In this document: piece after piece, positions 46,076 through 58,700 of the stretch
Numbering within the stretch: position 1 is the first letter of the stretch
How the letters are laid out: every line of letters begins with the position of its first letter
Source: Octopus sinensis
Taxonomy: Eukaryota
DNA length: 64,000 nt
Assembly: GCF_006345805.1 (NCBI RefSeq)
Contig: NC_043003.1
Location: 89,466,001 to 89,530,000, forward strand
Direction of reading: 5' to 3'
Position numbers and translations under genes: made by a program
The notes under the pieces: generated by a model
What the model saw: the letters and a program-made list of their open reading frames with translations, nothing else
The model's database searches: none
Told to the model about the DNA's origin: nothing

Positions 46076-48059
46076 TTATTGGTTGATGTAACAATGCAGT
46101 GATCATTAGTATTGATAGCAGTTTAGTTAAAACTTCGTGGGACAGTGATGCACCAAAATGAATTATCAAAAGGGTTATTCCAGTAAAATTCAACAAGGGT
46201 CCGTCACGAACGTTCTGAAAAGACCGCTTTGGCGCCAAACTCTGCAGAATGTTGAGACAGTTAAGTGACCTGTGTCTCCATTGTTGCCAGGTACACGGTC
46301 AACACAGACAGCCTCGGACAGATAACCAAGGACCTCTGTCGCCACGAAGATAGAGCTGTTGATTTCAGATATGTTGAGCTGACCGCATGTTGTATCGATA
46401 GCTTTCTATAATCTCAGAGCAGTATCTCTCTCCTCCCAGTCTGTAATTATTGCTGTTATGAACTGTAAATGGCCAACGCAGATTGTCTTTATGTGCGACA
46501 GTAGATACTTCAATTAAACGTTCGTTTAAGTTATTTTTTCACGCAGCCAAGAAATATATTTTCATTCACCCTCGGCACAGCAAGCAACCAGGACCTCTAA
46601 TAACATGTCTATTCCACTTTTATGATAGGTCTAATTTGCAATAGATATGGCTGTTGTTCAAAGCAGTCTGTGCATCAGTGTAGAAATCAACCACTAGTAA
46701 TATTGCTGTGCGGTGAAAGGGCCAACAAAACACAGTAAATATACATAATGAATATTTACTTTGACGGGATTCGAACCTGCAATTGGCGACAAAGAATTAG
46801 ATTTTTTTGTATACTGTTATTGTTTAATCCCAGGTCAACATTATTTCGAGTTGACCTATGGTTAAAGATATTCCAGCTACGGCCATTCTCTTTTTCCCTA
46901 TATGCAAGGATTCTAGAGCTACGCTATCCGACATGTCCTCTTTCAAGATAAATTGTAGAGAATGATCTGAGGGAGATATGGCTGCTATTTTAAGCAGCTC
47001 GGGCTCCATCAACGTAGAGGTTACTCTCTTGGCACGTTTTGCTATTAATGTTTTCATAGAATAATTCAAAGTAAATCCTTTTTACAGTGAGATCTCTGAA
47101 GGAAAACCTTTGAGACTTTTTTCCTATAAATTTTCACGTAAATAATGAGTGTTAACGTTTAAAGTAAACAAGGCGAAAGCCATTTTTTTTTTTTAACGTT
47201 ACAAATAAATTCCTTTGTGAAAAGAAAACTGTCTTGAAATATCATTATTGCAATTCTACCGACCGGCTGTATTAGTTGCGCTTGTGATCCTACATAATTT
47301 GTTATTGTTAATGATGGCAAGGAGCTGTAAAAAAAATGGGCGAGAATGGGGCTGTTTGTGTTGCAAGTAGCCTCGTGGGACTACCACACAACCATATGAA
47401 ATAATGAGCCAGCATAGGAGCCTCTGCTTAGTCGCCCAGTCTGTTAGAAATAGCAACCGAATTTCTTACAAATCACCAGTAAGAAAATGGGAATGTCGCA
47501 TCTGCAAAACTTTTGATTTGTTCGATCAGGGATGGACTGGAGATAAGCAACAACTAATTTTTTCCCCCTTTGAAATATATATTATAGAACAATTTCTGAC
47601 AACACCGGAAATTTGGTGGACGAAGTTAGATGATTAAGTACTTAAGATTCTTTTTCTCGATCTTGGAAGGATAAAAGGCAAAGTTAACCTCGGTGGGATT
47701 TGAACTCAGAACACAATGAGCCGGAACAAGTCGACGCTAAAAGACTCCACCAACACACCATTATTTCCACAGGAAAAAAAGTAAATGGAGTAATGAGATG
47801 TCATTACTGGAGAAGTGAAATAATTTCGGGCGTCGTTTGAAACAATTTCTCAGTCCTCCGTTCATGACGTGACAGAGTTACAATTCTATGTATGTTTATC
47901 GCACAAGCAATAAAAGATTTTGTTCTGCATTTTAAGGTAGAAGAGAGAAAACATGCAGTTGTTTAGAATTAAAGGACATTGGCTGAAAGTGACATCCCGT
48001 AATTTTATAGAGAACTAGTGAAATTCATTAATATCATTAACAGAACACCTTCGTTATGT

Positions 48060-48290
48060 TGAGTCTGTAGTGACGCTATCCAACAGTCGCGCGCGCGCAA
48101 CGTCATCTTCAGTTCGCGTGTGCGAGGTTGGAGCCTTCTGGAATGGCAGAGGGTAAGTGCCCTCTCGCGCATGCGCGAAGACCGGAAGAAGGAAATGATG
48201 ATGTGGCATTTAGCTGACAGGAGGCGAGGGAGCGTGAACCTTAACCAAAAAGCGTCCAGAGACACGTAGCAGTCAGCAGAAGGCACTCGA
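48060..48290 (+). promoter_or_regulatory. CpG-rich housekeeping-type promoter region
   Basis: Local CpG enrichment, (CG)n at about 48088-48098, ACGTCA at 48100, palindromic GCGCATGCGC (NRF1-type) at 48167-48176, CCGGAAG (ETS-type) at 48182-48188. Confidence 0.6.
48143..48152 (+). CDS. Probable first coding micro-exon (ATG GCA GAG G = M-A-E-) of an unidentified gene
   Basis: gaATGG context inside the CpG island, immediately followed by a perfect G|GTAAGT donor; no downstream exon recognised. Confidence 0.4.
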
Positions 48291-48756
48291 TACTAAATTG
48301 TTGCAGACCGTATTTTTACTGTTGCGTTTGTGTTCTTTGACTGGTAGAATCTGGAAATTTAAGGAACGGAAATTGTGAATGCACCCGAGTTGCACCCCAA
48401 AAGTGCAAGAAGCAACTAATTCCCGTTACAAGTCCATATGCACCTTCTTGTATAGTATCTTCAGATAAAAACAGCTGAGGTTCACAGTCACAACGCGTTA
48501 GTTATGTTACACCCATTGTTTACATGAAATTACCAGATGCCACTAATCACTTCCGATCAATTTACTTTATTTTTTTTAAACACCTAAACTGAATGTTAAC
48601 AGAAGAGATTGCACTATTACAGCCATCGTAACTTTTTCAGGGCTGATTAGAAGTCGAAACCGTATGAAATGAGCTCCAACCGACGATTTGAGCAGACTTT
48701 TGATCAAATTTCTTCCGACCATTACTGTCGTGACTTGCTAGTATACATCCAATGTG

Positions 48757-49176
48757 GGATCTTTTCGGTTTGAACGGCAGTTTTTAATATAATTTCTAGG
48801 TAACTAAAAAATTTTAAACTTCGTATACTGGTAGAATGTGTTTATAAAACATCTTTTTCTTTTGGTTTTATTGAGAAAATTCTATTGTTTGTAAGACATT
48901 TGTTGTTTTTTTTTTCTTCAATTTCTGTAATTTCAACCAATCAATGACGTCCATTGAGGTAAAAAAAACATTCTGTGCCGTATGAATATGTCCCTCGTTT
49001 AAGAAACAGATTGGATTTATTTACATTGTGAAGAAAAAAAGATACCCTTCCCTCCACCCCTAACCCTAACCCTAAAACAGATTGAAATGCAATAGATCGA
49101 TACTAAGGTCATAATTATGAGTGACAATTTCATATGACACCGCTAGAAAAAACTGCCGTTCAAACCGAAAAGATCC
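48757..49176 (+). mobile_element. Complete 420-bp GGATC-family MITE with 8-bp TSD (Merlin-like)
   Basis: TIR ggatcttttcggtttgaacggcagtttt; CCAATGTG duplicated at 48749-48756 and 49177-49184. Confidence 0.92.
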
Positions 49177-49831
49177 CCAATGTGTCCTTTCCATTCGCAA
49201 GGCAGAAAGATGTTATTTGAGGAAGATTTAGCTACTATTTTTGCAGGTCGGATGACCAGACAAACGCTCCTCCTGCCGAGGACATAATTCTTTCTCTGAA
49301 ATACTCATACCCACAGCTTATGAGAGGAATGAGGATTCAACCGATTCATTGGTCTGGGGCCCGGAGAGCCAAGTGTTGGGGGAAGAAGTTGGAGAAGTGA
49401 TTATGTGTATTTGTGATGCTGGTAAGCATGCCTCATACCCTTTCTAGGGATGTCTGAAAGCAACCTGTTTCCCAGAGTAGTTAAAAATATTGATTTTTTG
49501 ATATTCGTATCTCTCTCCACTACTATTACTTATGATCAAGACCCTGGAGAAATGAAAGGCTTAGTTGCCTCTGGCGGGGTCGGGGAGAGGAATGAACTCG
49601 GAATGTGAAAGGACGAAGTTGAATATTTATTTGATGTACTCAAGTCCTTTCAGAAGTTACTTGAATGGATTTCAGCATATCTGTTACATATATTATCGAA
49701 TTCGGAGGATGGAAAGCAAAGCAGATACCAGCGAGACATGAACCCAAGAAAGGAAACATCTAAACACATTGAGAACTTAATCCAACATGCTACCGTTTTC
49801 GCCTTTTCACCATCTACTCATATAACATATT

Positions 49832-50772
49832 GTGACGACGCGTGGTTTAGTGGTTAAGACATTCGGCTCACCATCGTAAGGTCATGAGTTCAATTTCCGG
49901 CGACGAGTTGTGTCCTTGAGCAAGACACTTTATTTCACGTTACTCCATTCCACTCAGCTGGCAAAAATGAGTAGTACCTGTATTTCAAAGGGCCAGCTTT
50001 GTCACACTCTGTGTCACGCTGAATCTCCCCGAGAACTACGTTAATGGTATGCGTGTCTGTAGTGTGCTCATCTACTTGCACGTTAATTTCACGAGCAAGC
50101 TGTTCCGTTGATCGTACCAGCTGGGACCCTCGTCGTCGTAACCGACGGAGTGCTCCTTTTGTGGAGGTGCAATGGCCCAGTGGTTAGGCCAGCGGACTCG
50201 CGGTCGTATTGTAGGGTTAGTTAGGGTTAGGGGTGGGGGGAAGGGTATCTTTTTTTTCTTCACAAATGTAAATAAGCCCAATCTGTTTCTTAAACAAGGG
50301 ACATATTCATACGGCACAGAATGTTTTCACCTCAATAGACGTCACTGATTGGTTGAAATTGCAGTAATTGAAGAAAAAAAACAACAAATGTCTTACAAAC
50401 TATAGAATTTTCTCAATAAAGCCAAGAGAAAAAGATGTTTTATGAGCACATTCTACCAGTATACGAAGTTTAAAAGTGTTTAGTTACGTGTAAATTATTT
50501 TTAAAAACTGCCGTTCAAACCGAAAAGATCCATGAACCCTCCTGTACTCTTTCACCACAACTTTCTCTCACTCTTTCTTCCTGTTTCTGTTGTATCTGTA
50601 TTTCAAAGGGCCAACCATGTCACACTCTGTGTCACGTTGAATCTCTCTGAGAATTACGTTAAGGGTACACGTATCTGTGGAGTGCTCAGCCACTTGCACT
50701 AATTTCTCGAGCAGGCTGTTCCGTTGATCAGGTCAACTGGAACCCTCGTCGTCGTAACTGACGAAGTGCCAC
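49832..50772 (+). mobile_element. Two tandem tRNA-derived SINEs; the second interrupted by a left-truncated GGATC MITE (about 50210-50531)
   Basis: Heads at about 49832 and 50161; shared tail ...ggaaccctcgtcgtcgtaac; MITE right TIR ends at 50531. Confidence 0.8.
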
Positions 50773-50787
50773 GACGACGATATAACA

Positions 50788-51004
50788 TATTACTCTTTAC
50801 TCTTTTACTTGTTTCAGTCATTTGACTGCGGCCATGCTGGAGCACCGCCTTTAGTCGAGCAAATCGACCCCAGGACTTATTCTTTGTAAGCCCAGTACTT
50901 ATTCTATCGGTCTATTTTGCCGAACCGCTAAGTAACGGGGACATAAACACACCAGCATCGGTTGTCAAGGAATGCTAGGGGGACAAACACAGACACACAA
51001 ACAA

Positions 51005-51039
<35 letters not shown>

Positions 51040-51150
51040 ACCGGCTTCTTTCAGTTTCCGTCTACCAAATCCACTCACAAGGCACTGGTCGACCCGAGGC
51101 TATAGTAGAAGACACTTGCCCAAGATTCCACGCAGTGGGACTGAACCCGG
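50788..51150 (-). mobile_element. Near-intact tRNA-head SINE with central (CA)(TA)n
   Basis: Continuous head, microsatellite and body; used as the reference for the split copy at 21560-22532. Confidence 0.85.
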
Positions 51151-52879
51151 TTCAAATTTCGGCACAAGATTAGCAATTTTGGATGAACAGGTAGTCGATT
51201 ACATCGACCTCAGTATTCAGCTTGTACTTATTTTATCGACTTGGAAAGGATGAAAGGCGAAGTCGACCTCGGCGGCGTTTGGACTCAAAGTGAAGACGGA
51301 CGAAATGCCGCCATGTATTTTGCTCGGCGAGCCAACGATTCTGTCAGGTTGCCGCATTACCTACTCATATAATATATTGGGTTCAAATTTTGGCACGAGG
51401 CCAGTAATTTCGGAGAAGAGGTAAATCGATTACATCGACTCCAGTACTCAACTGGTACTTATTTTATCCATTCTGAAAGGATGAAAGGCAAAATCAACTC
51501 CAGTGGTATTTAAACTCAGAAATATATTGTATAAGCCAGAGAAAGAGCATCTATGTGGTCGCACGGCCAGCTAGATATATCAGCCAAATCTTCCTCAAAT
51601 CAGATCCTGCCATCTTAAAGAAGAACAAACTGGATAATGTAATCTTAGATTTACAGTGTCTGAACCGCCACCGTAAAATAGACAAAACTATGAATTCCGA
51701 AACTTCATTGACTATTGATCTGTCCACTCAGAACTGACTTACAGTGAAACAATAAATTAACAATTGCGAATGTTATCATTTCTACCTGGGACTGTACACT
51801 TTGTATACTAAAATTTAATTTTACGTCTATATCTGTGATTTGTTGCTTTCAATGTTCCACTGTTATTATTGAGGTCCTGCTATCTGTTCTGACATGACAG
51901 TAAAGACGTCGCTGCGTATTGATCGAGTTACCAGCTGACCTTAGACTTCTGTTGCCTTTTATTAATTAATTAATTAATTAATTATAATTAATTAATTTAT
52001 CTATCTATTTATTTGTTTTGATATGGTTAGTTCCTTGATTCTTAACCAAGAATCGAAACCATAACCTAAATGTTTCTGTGGGCGCTTTACGTTTGTTCTT
52101 GGCATCCAGCTTTCGAGCGTGTAATAAATTCAAACCAACTCCAAATATTTTTGGACAGTTTGTTTTTGCCTTTCAACGACGCACGTCTATCACTTCATAG
52201 CATATATCTTTTTTTTTTTTTTACTGACAGAAACATTACCAACAGTTGTGCGAACATCGTTCTCTTAGCACTGGAAGACAGCCGACTACGATAAACTCTG
52301 TACTGTCTCTAACAGGACGACTTTGACGGATGAACAAAATCTTTAAGAATTTATTTTTGTCTTCTGTCATTTCATTTTGGTGCATATCTCACTGTCCCTG
52401 CTATCAATATTAATCACCACTGCATCCGTTACATCTGTCGGCGCATTACCCACTTAACAGTTGACAGAGATAGAGGGCGTTACACAACATTAAGTTTCAG
52501 ACACTTGACCTCTCTCTGCCTCTTACTGCGCTGGGACCTCGAACAGAGATGTGATCTAGTCTCTCTCAACACACACCAGCTAGCAGAGAGGAGCAGAACA
52601 CAGGAGACCATGGCCTTTATGCACCAACCGTTTTATTTATCATTCCATTGTGTATATACGTGGAGCAACAATAAACGTGTTACAACCTTGCCTGTGTATA
52701 TTCTTCATCCAAGATAACAGCCTTCTGAGAGTCGTATTAGGTGGCTCAACGACGACCAACGCAATCTAAACATCTACCAGTATCATATACAGCTGTTACA
52801 ATTTATTTCCCAACTCCCTGCAACAATAAGGTCCAGGTGTTTGACCAGTGGTGGAATATGCGGAACAGTTTATTGGCAT

Positions 52880-53650
52880 AAGTAACTTGTAATATTTACA
52901 TTCCCGGTTTAAATCTCAATGGAATTTTAATAAAACCCTCAACTGCCAAGCCAATTCAATCGCCTACATCTCTTCTCAATGTATTTATGATTCTATCAAC
53001 TGTTCACCACTTAGTTGTCTGCAACCTGAAACTATCTACTGCAGGGAGAACTCACAAAACTAGTAAGCCCAGTTCGACTTACAGGATAAAGTGGGAAGCT
53101 TTGGCAGATGATGAGATTAGTAACAAATATGCGAAAGGCTACTGCATTCAAATTTCAGAGAACTTCTTAAACATACTGACAAAGTCGAAAACGGAGTGGA
53201 GATTGTTTTGCTCGATAGTTTCTTCGGCTGTACAATACGGTGGACAAAAGCAGTTCGGTGTAATGTCAAATGATGAAAGGACAGACCATTTGCCAACTTT
53301 ATAACAAGAAGCACTTTTCCACACCAGCCATTAAAAACTCGGCTGTGATTTTTTTCTCTACAGGGAAAAACATCCTTCAGAGGTGGAGAGAATTCTTTGA
53401 TTTTCTCCAGTCATAATAAGATACGGTGAACACGAGGGGCATCAGTGGAGTGAAAACTAACATCACAAATTTGACCTGAGAGACCTGAGACACCAAAATA
53501 ATGAAAATCCGGAGTAATAATCCCAGTTTTTAAAAAGAGAGATGAGAGCGTGCTCTTATTATAGAGGAATCTCCTCATTAATTCTCTTCAGTAAAGTCAA
53601 CGCTAGATATCTGGAAAAGAGATGTAGGGAAATTATCGATCCCAAGCTAA
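52880..53650 (+). mobile_element. RTE LINE fragment (end of endonuclease to start of RT)
   Basis: LSTVHHLVVCNL (DH motif), RIKWEALAD, YRGISSLILFSKVNARYLEKRCREIIDPKLIEEQ. Confidence 0.8.
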
Positions 53651-55575
53651 TAGAAGAACAGTGAGATTAATTTTTTTTTCATATTTGTGGTGCAGCTGTA
53701 GGCCAGTCTTTAGTTTCCTGTTAACAAGATAATGTGTTTTGCGATTTTTGTGTTATGTAAGACTCTCGGAAAAACTTTAAGAGGTTTATTATGGTAAATT
53801 ATAATGGTTTCAAAACAAGAGGATTCGCTTCGTTGAGTTTATAAACAGTTCTGGGCTTGTTTACAGGTAACTCCTTCCTTCATGGCTGCTTACCAGTCCT
53901 ATTTCTCTCTCTGGATCAGTAGCGGCTCGTGTATAGGCACTGCGGAACTGCAACACCCCCTATCTCCACTCAATATTATCGATAACATTCAATATAATGA
54001 GTCCTTTTTTCTTTAATTCTTCCTTTATACTTGTACATTATATAATCCTTAAGCTTAATGTCAGTAGCCATCCCCTAGTTAATGAAAAAGATACAGTTCC
54101 AGCGACGCAGTGTTTGGCTGTTGTGCGCATAATCACATGTCCGAAATAGGAAGCTGCACGCTAGGGAGAGAGAGCACTGTCGTTCACGCAGTGCCAGTGA
54201 AAGGTAGTTTCATTTTGACTCTACGTGTGTTGTGCTTAAAAACGTGTTTATATTCTTGAATGTGATAAAGTGTAAAATTAGATCATTATCCTGCTTTCAG
54301 CTAGTGTTGCTGCCAGGATTTGAAAAATAGAGATTTTCTCCCCTTATTTTGTGATTTAGGAGGGATTTTTGAAAAACAAGAGTCAATTCGCGGCGGTGTT
54401 CAGTGAACAAATTAAACACACTACCTGGCAGTGGCTAAAATGTGAACCAATCAAGTTTATGTATAAATATTCTTCTTATATGTTTGTTTCCTTTTACACA
54501 ATATAAAAACAATGGCTAAAAATTTTCTGAAGCAGCACCCCCACTAATTTTATCTACGAGCCGCTACTGCTTTGGATCTGTGCGTGTAAACCACGAGACT
54601 TACCTGAAAGTTTGGTATTCGTTAGATAACATTAATAACACAGAGCTGAAATTTAATAAGCGGTACAACATTAAATGATGGATAATGAAGAATGATTCTA
54701 TGATACAAATCGGTAACTTAATGTATTTATCACAATTCGATTTACCATTTAATGAAAAAAGAGAATTAAACCGGGTAATATTTTGACTTTTGTTGAGATA
54801 TCCCGTCCTTTTATACATCTAACTTTTATTTGCATGACCTAAGTATCAGTTTAAAGCTAATTTCTTTTGATCAGGTGCAATGTTAATTGTTTTTGTTAAT
54901 AAAAGGTTTGTAGAGTCGTTCGAATAGATCCCAGTTTACGATGGCGTTCCCTCGTTGACGAGAACGTTTCCAAGATTTCTTACACCTATAGGTTAGTGAG
55001 TTTGATTAGTGTGGAGAGAACCTCAAGTTCGATTTTACCAGCGCTTGGTTTTCAAAGGGACAACTGTGTTGAGATGATTGGAGAGGCTTGTCCGATTGTA
55101 AAGCGATACCAGGGCTGCAGCCTGTCAGGTTTGCTTCGACACCTTTTGTGAATGCGGCATAACTAAACGTGCGTGTCAATGTGGTTCGAACCTACTTCTT
55201 GGTGGAATTTCAATTCAGAACGAAATGAACTTGAACAGATGCAACATTTTTACTAATTCTGCCAATTCATCGCCCTGGACAATCGTCGCTCTAGTGAGCT
55301 CAAAATGTAAAGGGAATTTTAGTGGGATTTGAAATCCAAGTACATAAAGACGGAATTAATACTGCAAGGCATTTTAGCCAAGGTTCCAACGACTTTGCCA
55401 TTTCACCATCTACAGATTTCGCTGTATTACTAGTTTTTATTCTGTATCGACACTTTTGCGATGCAAAAGAAATCCCTCCTCACAACCTTCGAAGTGAAAA
55501 TTGAAGTGAATAAATTACTCAATTTGAAGCAGCTATCCATTTCTCATATTTTGGTACAAGGTATAAGGAAATGTA

Positions 55576-55789
55576 GAAGGGGTGCTGAAAAGTTCCTGGG
55601 TTTAAAGGGTGTTGCGAAAGGCCTGGTTGGAGGCGCAACCTCCCAAGTTCTTTTACAGGGCTTAGAAAAACTGAAGGACTGCTGCAGTAAATGTGTGAAT
55701 CTGAGAGGGGAATATGTTGAATAAAATCATAAACTAATCCTCCTGCATTTTCTTTTACCCAAAGTCAGGAACTTTTCAGTACCACCTCA
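55576..55789 (+). mobile_element. Mariner MITE carrying the transposase C-terminal codons
   Basis: TA|gaaggggtgctgaaaagttcctg ... caggaacttttcagtaccacctca|TA; LQGLEKLKDCCSKCVNLRGEYVE* resembles mariner C-termini. Confidence 0.8.
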
Positions 55790-57779
55790 TACAGTGGAAA
55801 GGATTGATTTCTAGAACATTCTTAGAATTTGTTCTTACACCCATGGAAGAATGGAAGTTAAAGTAAGTTCTAGCGTGAGAAAGTTTTTTCATACTTCAAA
55901 ACATTTAGCCCGGGGCAAGTTCTACCTCTCTACGCCACGTTTTTGATGTTGATGAAATCATTGATCATGTTCCCGTTTCTGTTTATGTATGTAAAAAGAA
56001 GGGTATCACGCCTGTGCAGAAAATAAAAATGGGAATTATCACACTTACAAAGGGGGAAATGGCCTCTTACACAAATTGGCAGCAAAATAGTACCGTTTGG
56101 GTTCATGTTTTTCTTAGATAGCTCACCACCTTCCTATACACACACATACAGAAACAGAGCCCACCACACACACACACACACACTACGATCGACGTAGAGA
56201 AAACGTTTTAAAGAAAGGATGTCAAAGGATATCTTTTGTGTTTGGTTTTGTTGTTGTTTTTTTGTTTTCTTTTTGTTATCAAAACACAAGCTCTGGTGCT
56301 GTGTTGAAGGTGTTGTTTAGTTTGCTAATGTTTAACCATTAAATCAGGGCCTGCTGAGAGATTCAGCAATACGAAGAAACGAATTAAAAAAAAACGGAGA
56401 ATCCGTCACACAGTATTATCGTTACAAAGACATTTTTCAGTTGTTTCTACTGCAGATAACCTCTTCTCTCTTTTTCTACTTCCCCACTCTTGCTTTCTCT
56501 CTCTCTAACTCTCTCTCTTTCTTCCTTTCCTTTCCCCGCTCACTGTCTCTATTTCTCTTTCTCACCCCACCCTCTCTCACATGGACAGATATTCTGATGA
56601 TAGCATGAAAAGCTGAATGTTCTGTTTAATTTATTTTCTACATGCGTATATTTTATTTATAGAGACAGAAAGAAAGGAAGAGAGAGAGAATGTGTAAGAG
56701 TGAGAGGGGATAAAATCTGAGAGAGAAAGAATGTGTGAGAAAGTGAACCTTTACGTGTGCGAGACAAAGAATATGTGTGCGTATATGACGGTATGTGTAT
56801 GTTTGAATGTGTGCATGCGCGAAGGTGTGTGTGTAAAAGTAGAGAAATGTTAAAAAAGAAAAATTCAAGAAAAGAGAGGCATCACTCGCAAAAGAAAAAA
56901 ACTGAAGTCTTTGTTGAAAGTGGAAAATGGTGTGGAAACGTAAAAAATGTGTTTCGTGAACGACATTGAACAAGAGAGATAAACTCGGTTTAGTCGATTA
57001 AGTCAATTTATTTTTTCCCTGATGGAAACGATTCATTTCATTTATAAAAAGAAAAATACAATTTAAAATCTCAATTCTTTTGATTATCACAAAATGATAA
57101 ATATCCTAATTTTAGTTTTGATTTTTCTCCCTTCTAAAAGATAATTTGGTCCATAAGTCTTTTTTTTTATCTTGTTGTTTTATATTTTCAAAGTTCTTCA
57201 GTTAGTTTGGAGTGGAGCGAAAGTAAGAAAATTACGGCAGAATTATAAAACGTTGTCTCAACGATAAGGGGGATTTAAAGACATAATCGGTGAAAATGGC
57301 GAACAAAATGCCCTGAAGTACGGAGTTACCGAAAGGGAACACCGCAAAGCATTCTATTAGAAGCTATAACAATTGTCAACTCGCTTCGCACGCACACACA
57401 CACACACACACACGGTTTATTCAGACCGGTACAGTTACCCTGGAGTCTCCACGATGTGCAGACGTTTCTTCAGACAAATCAATATGTGTGGGGGTAGGTG
57501 TCTGTATATGTGTACGTGTGTGTTTAATTTAGAATGTTATAGGAGGGATAGTACGAGTGGCTAACGTAATAAGTGAATCAAACAAAGGACAGAATTTAGC
57601 AGTTTTCCCAACTGTTGTGGATCCACCACCTCTACGACGTCATTCACACTAAAGTGGAGGAAGCAGCAGGGGCGTTCACTCAAGTACAACTTACTGATTG
57701 ATCTTTTTCAACCCATGTAAAATAAAAGGAATATTTTCCAGGATTTCATAGACTACAATATCTTTCATAATAATAAAAA

Positions 57780-58700
57780 GAAATTATAGAGGAATCTTTC
57801 GGCTGTTCTTCCTCAATCGTCTACTGGGACGGAATTTGCTTCCAGATAGTCAATGCGGCTTCCGTGTCAGTTGTAAGCTGTGGATCATCGCAGCACAACA
57901 GTTTTAGGAAATGCCAGCAGTAGCGTTTACAACACCTTTATTAGTCTTACGAATATTTTCAGCAGATATGTTTGATTATCCTTGCAGTTTCATTACTATG
58001 GTGCGACATTTCCACGATGGTAGGATGATCTGAGCATAGTATGACGGAGAAGCATCTGACAAATTCCGCCCAACATTCTTTAGGTTTTTGTTTTCGGTAA
58101 TATCGACTGATATTTTTGATTGCAGCGCCTCTTGCTCTACAGATGAAAAGTTATACAATTCTCGCCATCTTCAGTCACTACTTTAAAAGAAACTGTTTTA
58201 AAGGACTTTCTCTTTGTTACTAATAAATTGACAGATTCGCCCTCGCCGGCAGTTCTTACTCTAGAATAGTCAACTTCTTCAAAGGATATTCAAAGCAAGC
58301 ATAACTTTCAGCAACTTGTGGGAGAACTTATGGAGGCACAAGGGAATTATACTCACCTCCGGATAGTTTTTTTTTTTCTACATTGTTTCTTTCTTGGACA
58401 TTCTGTAGAAGACATGCGACACTACCCAGCCATTGCTACATAAAATGTCTTCGTACATCTGCTGGCATGACTAGATCCCTGACACTGAGAGGTTTCAGTG
58501 GTGAACATCCCAGAATTGTATACGCTCTTGCAGAAGGCGCGGGTGAGATGGGCTAAGCATATCAATTTAATATCGGACCACCATTCCAACGCAACTTCTC
58601 TATGGCAAACACTGTTAAGAAAACACGGGGTAAAAGAGGAGTTAAAGGATATCTTTAAAACATTCTAAAAGACCTCACCTATGTGGTTTTACTGTTATGA
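57780..58700 (+). mobile_element. Highly degenerate RTE-type RT remnant
   Basis: LPDSQCGFR at about 57839, and a RWAKH...-like segment near 58545; many stops. Confidence 0.5.

Noticed and set aside
46130-46700. Moderately GC-rich unique-looking block that might be coding
   Set aside because: All frames I read are interrupted by stops, and I recognised no motif or consistent splice sites.
48203-48225. ATGATGA...CTGA, like snoRNA C and D boxes
   Set aside because: Boxes are only about 12 nt apart, far too short for a C/D snoRNA; no terminal stem.
52478-52719. Solo-LTR-like segment (..GTTAC...AATAAA...ATAACA)
   Set aside because: The start is not TG, there is no matching TSD, and there is no second copy in the window.
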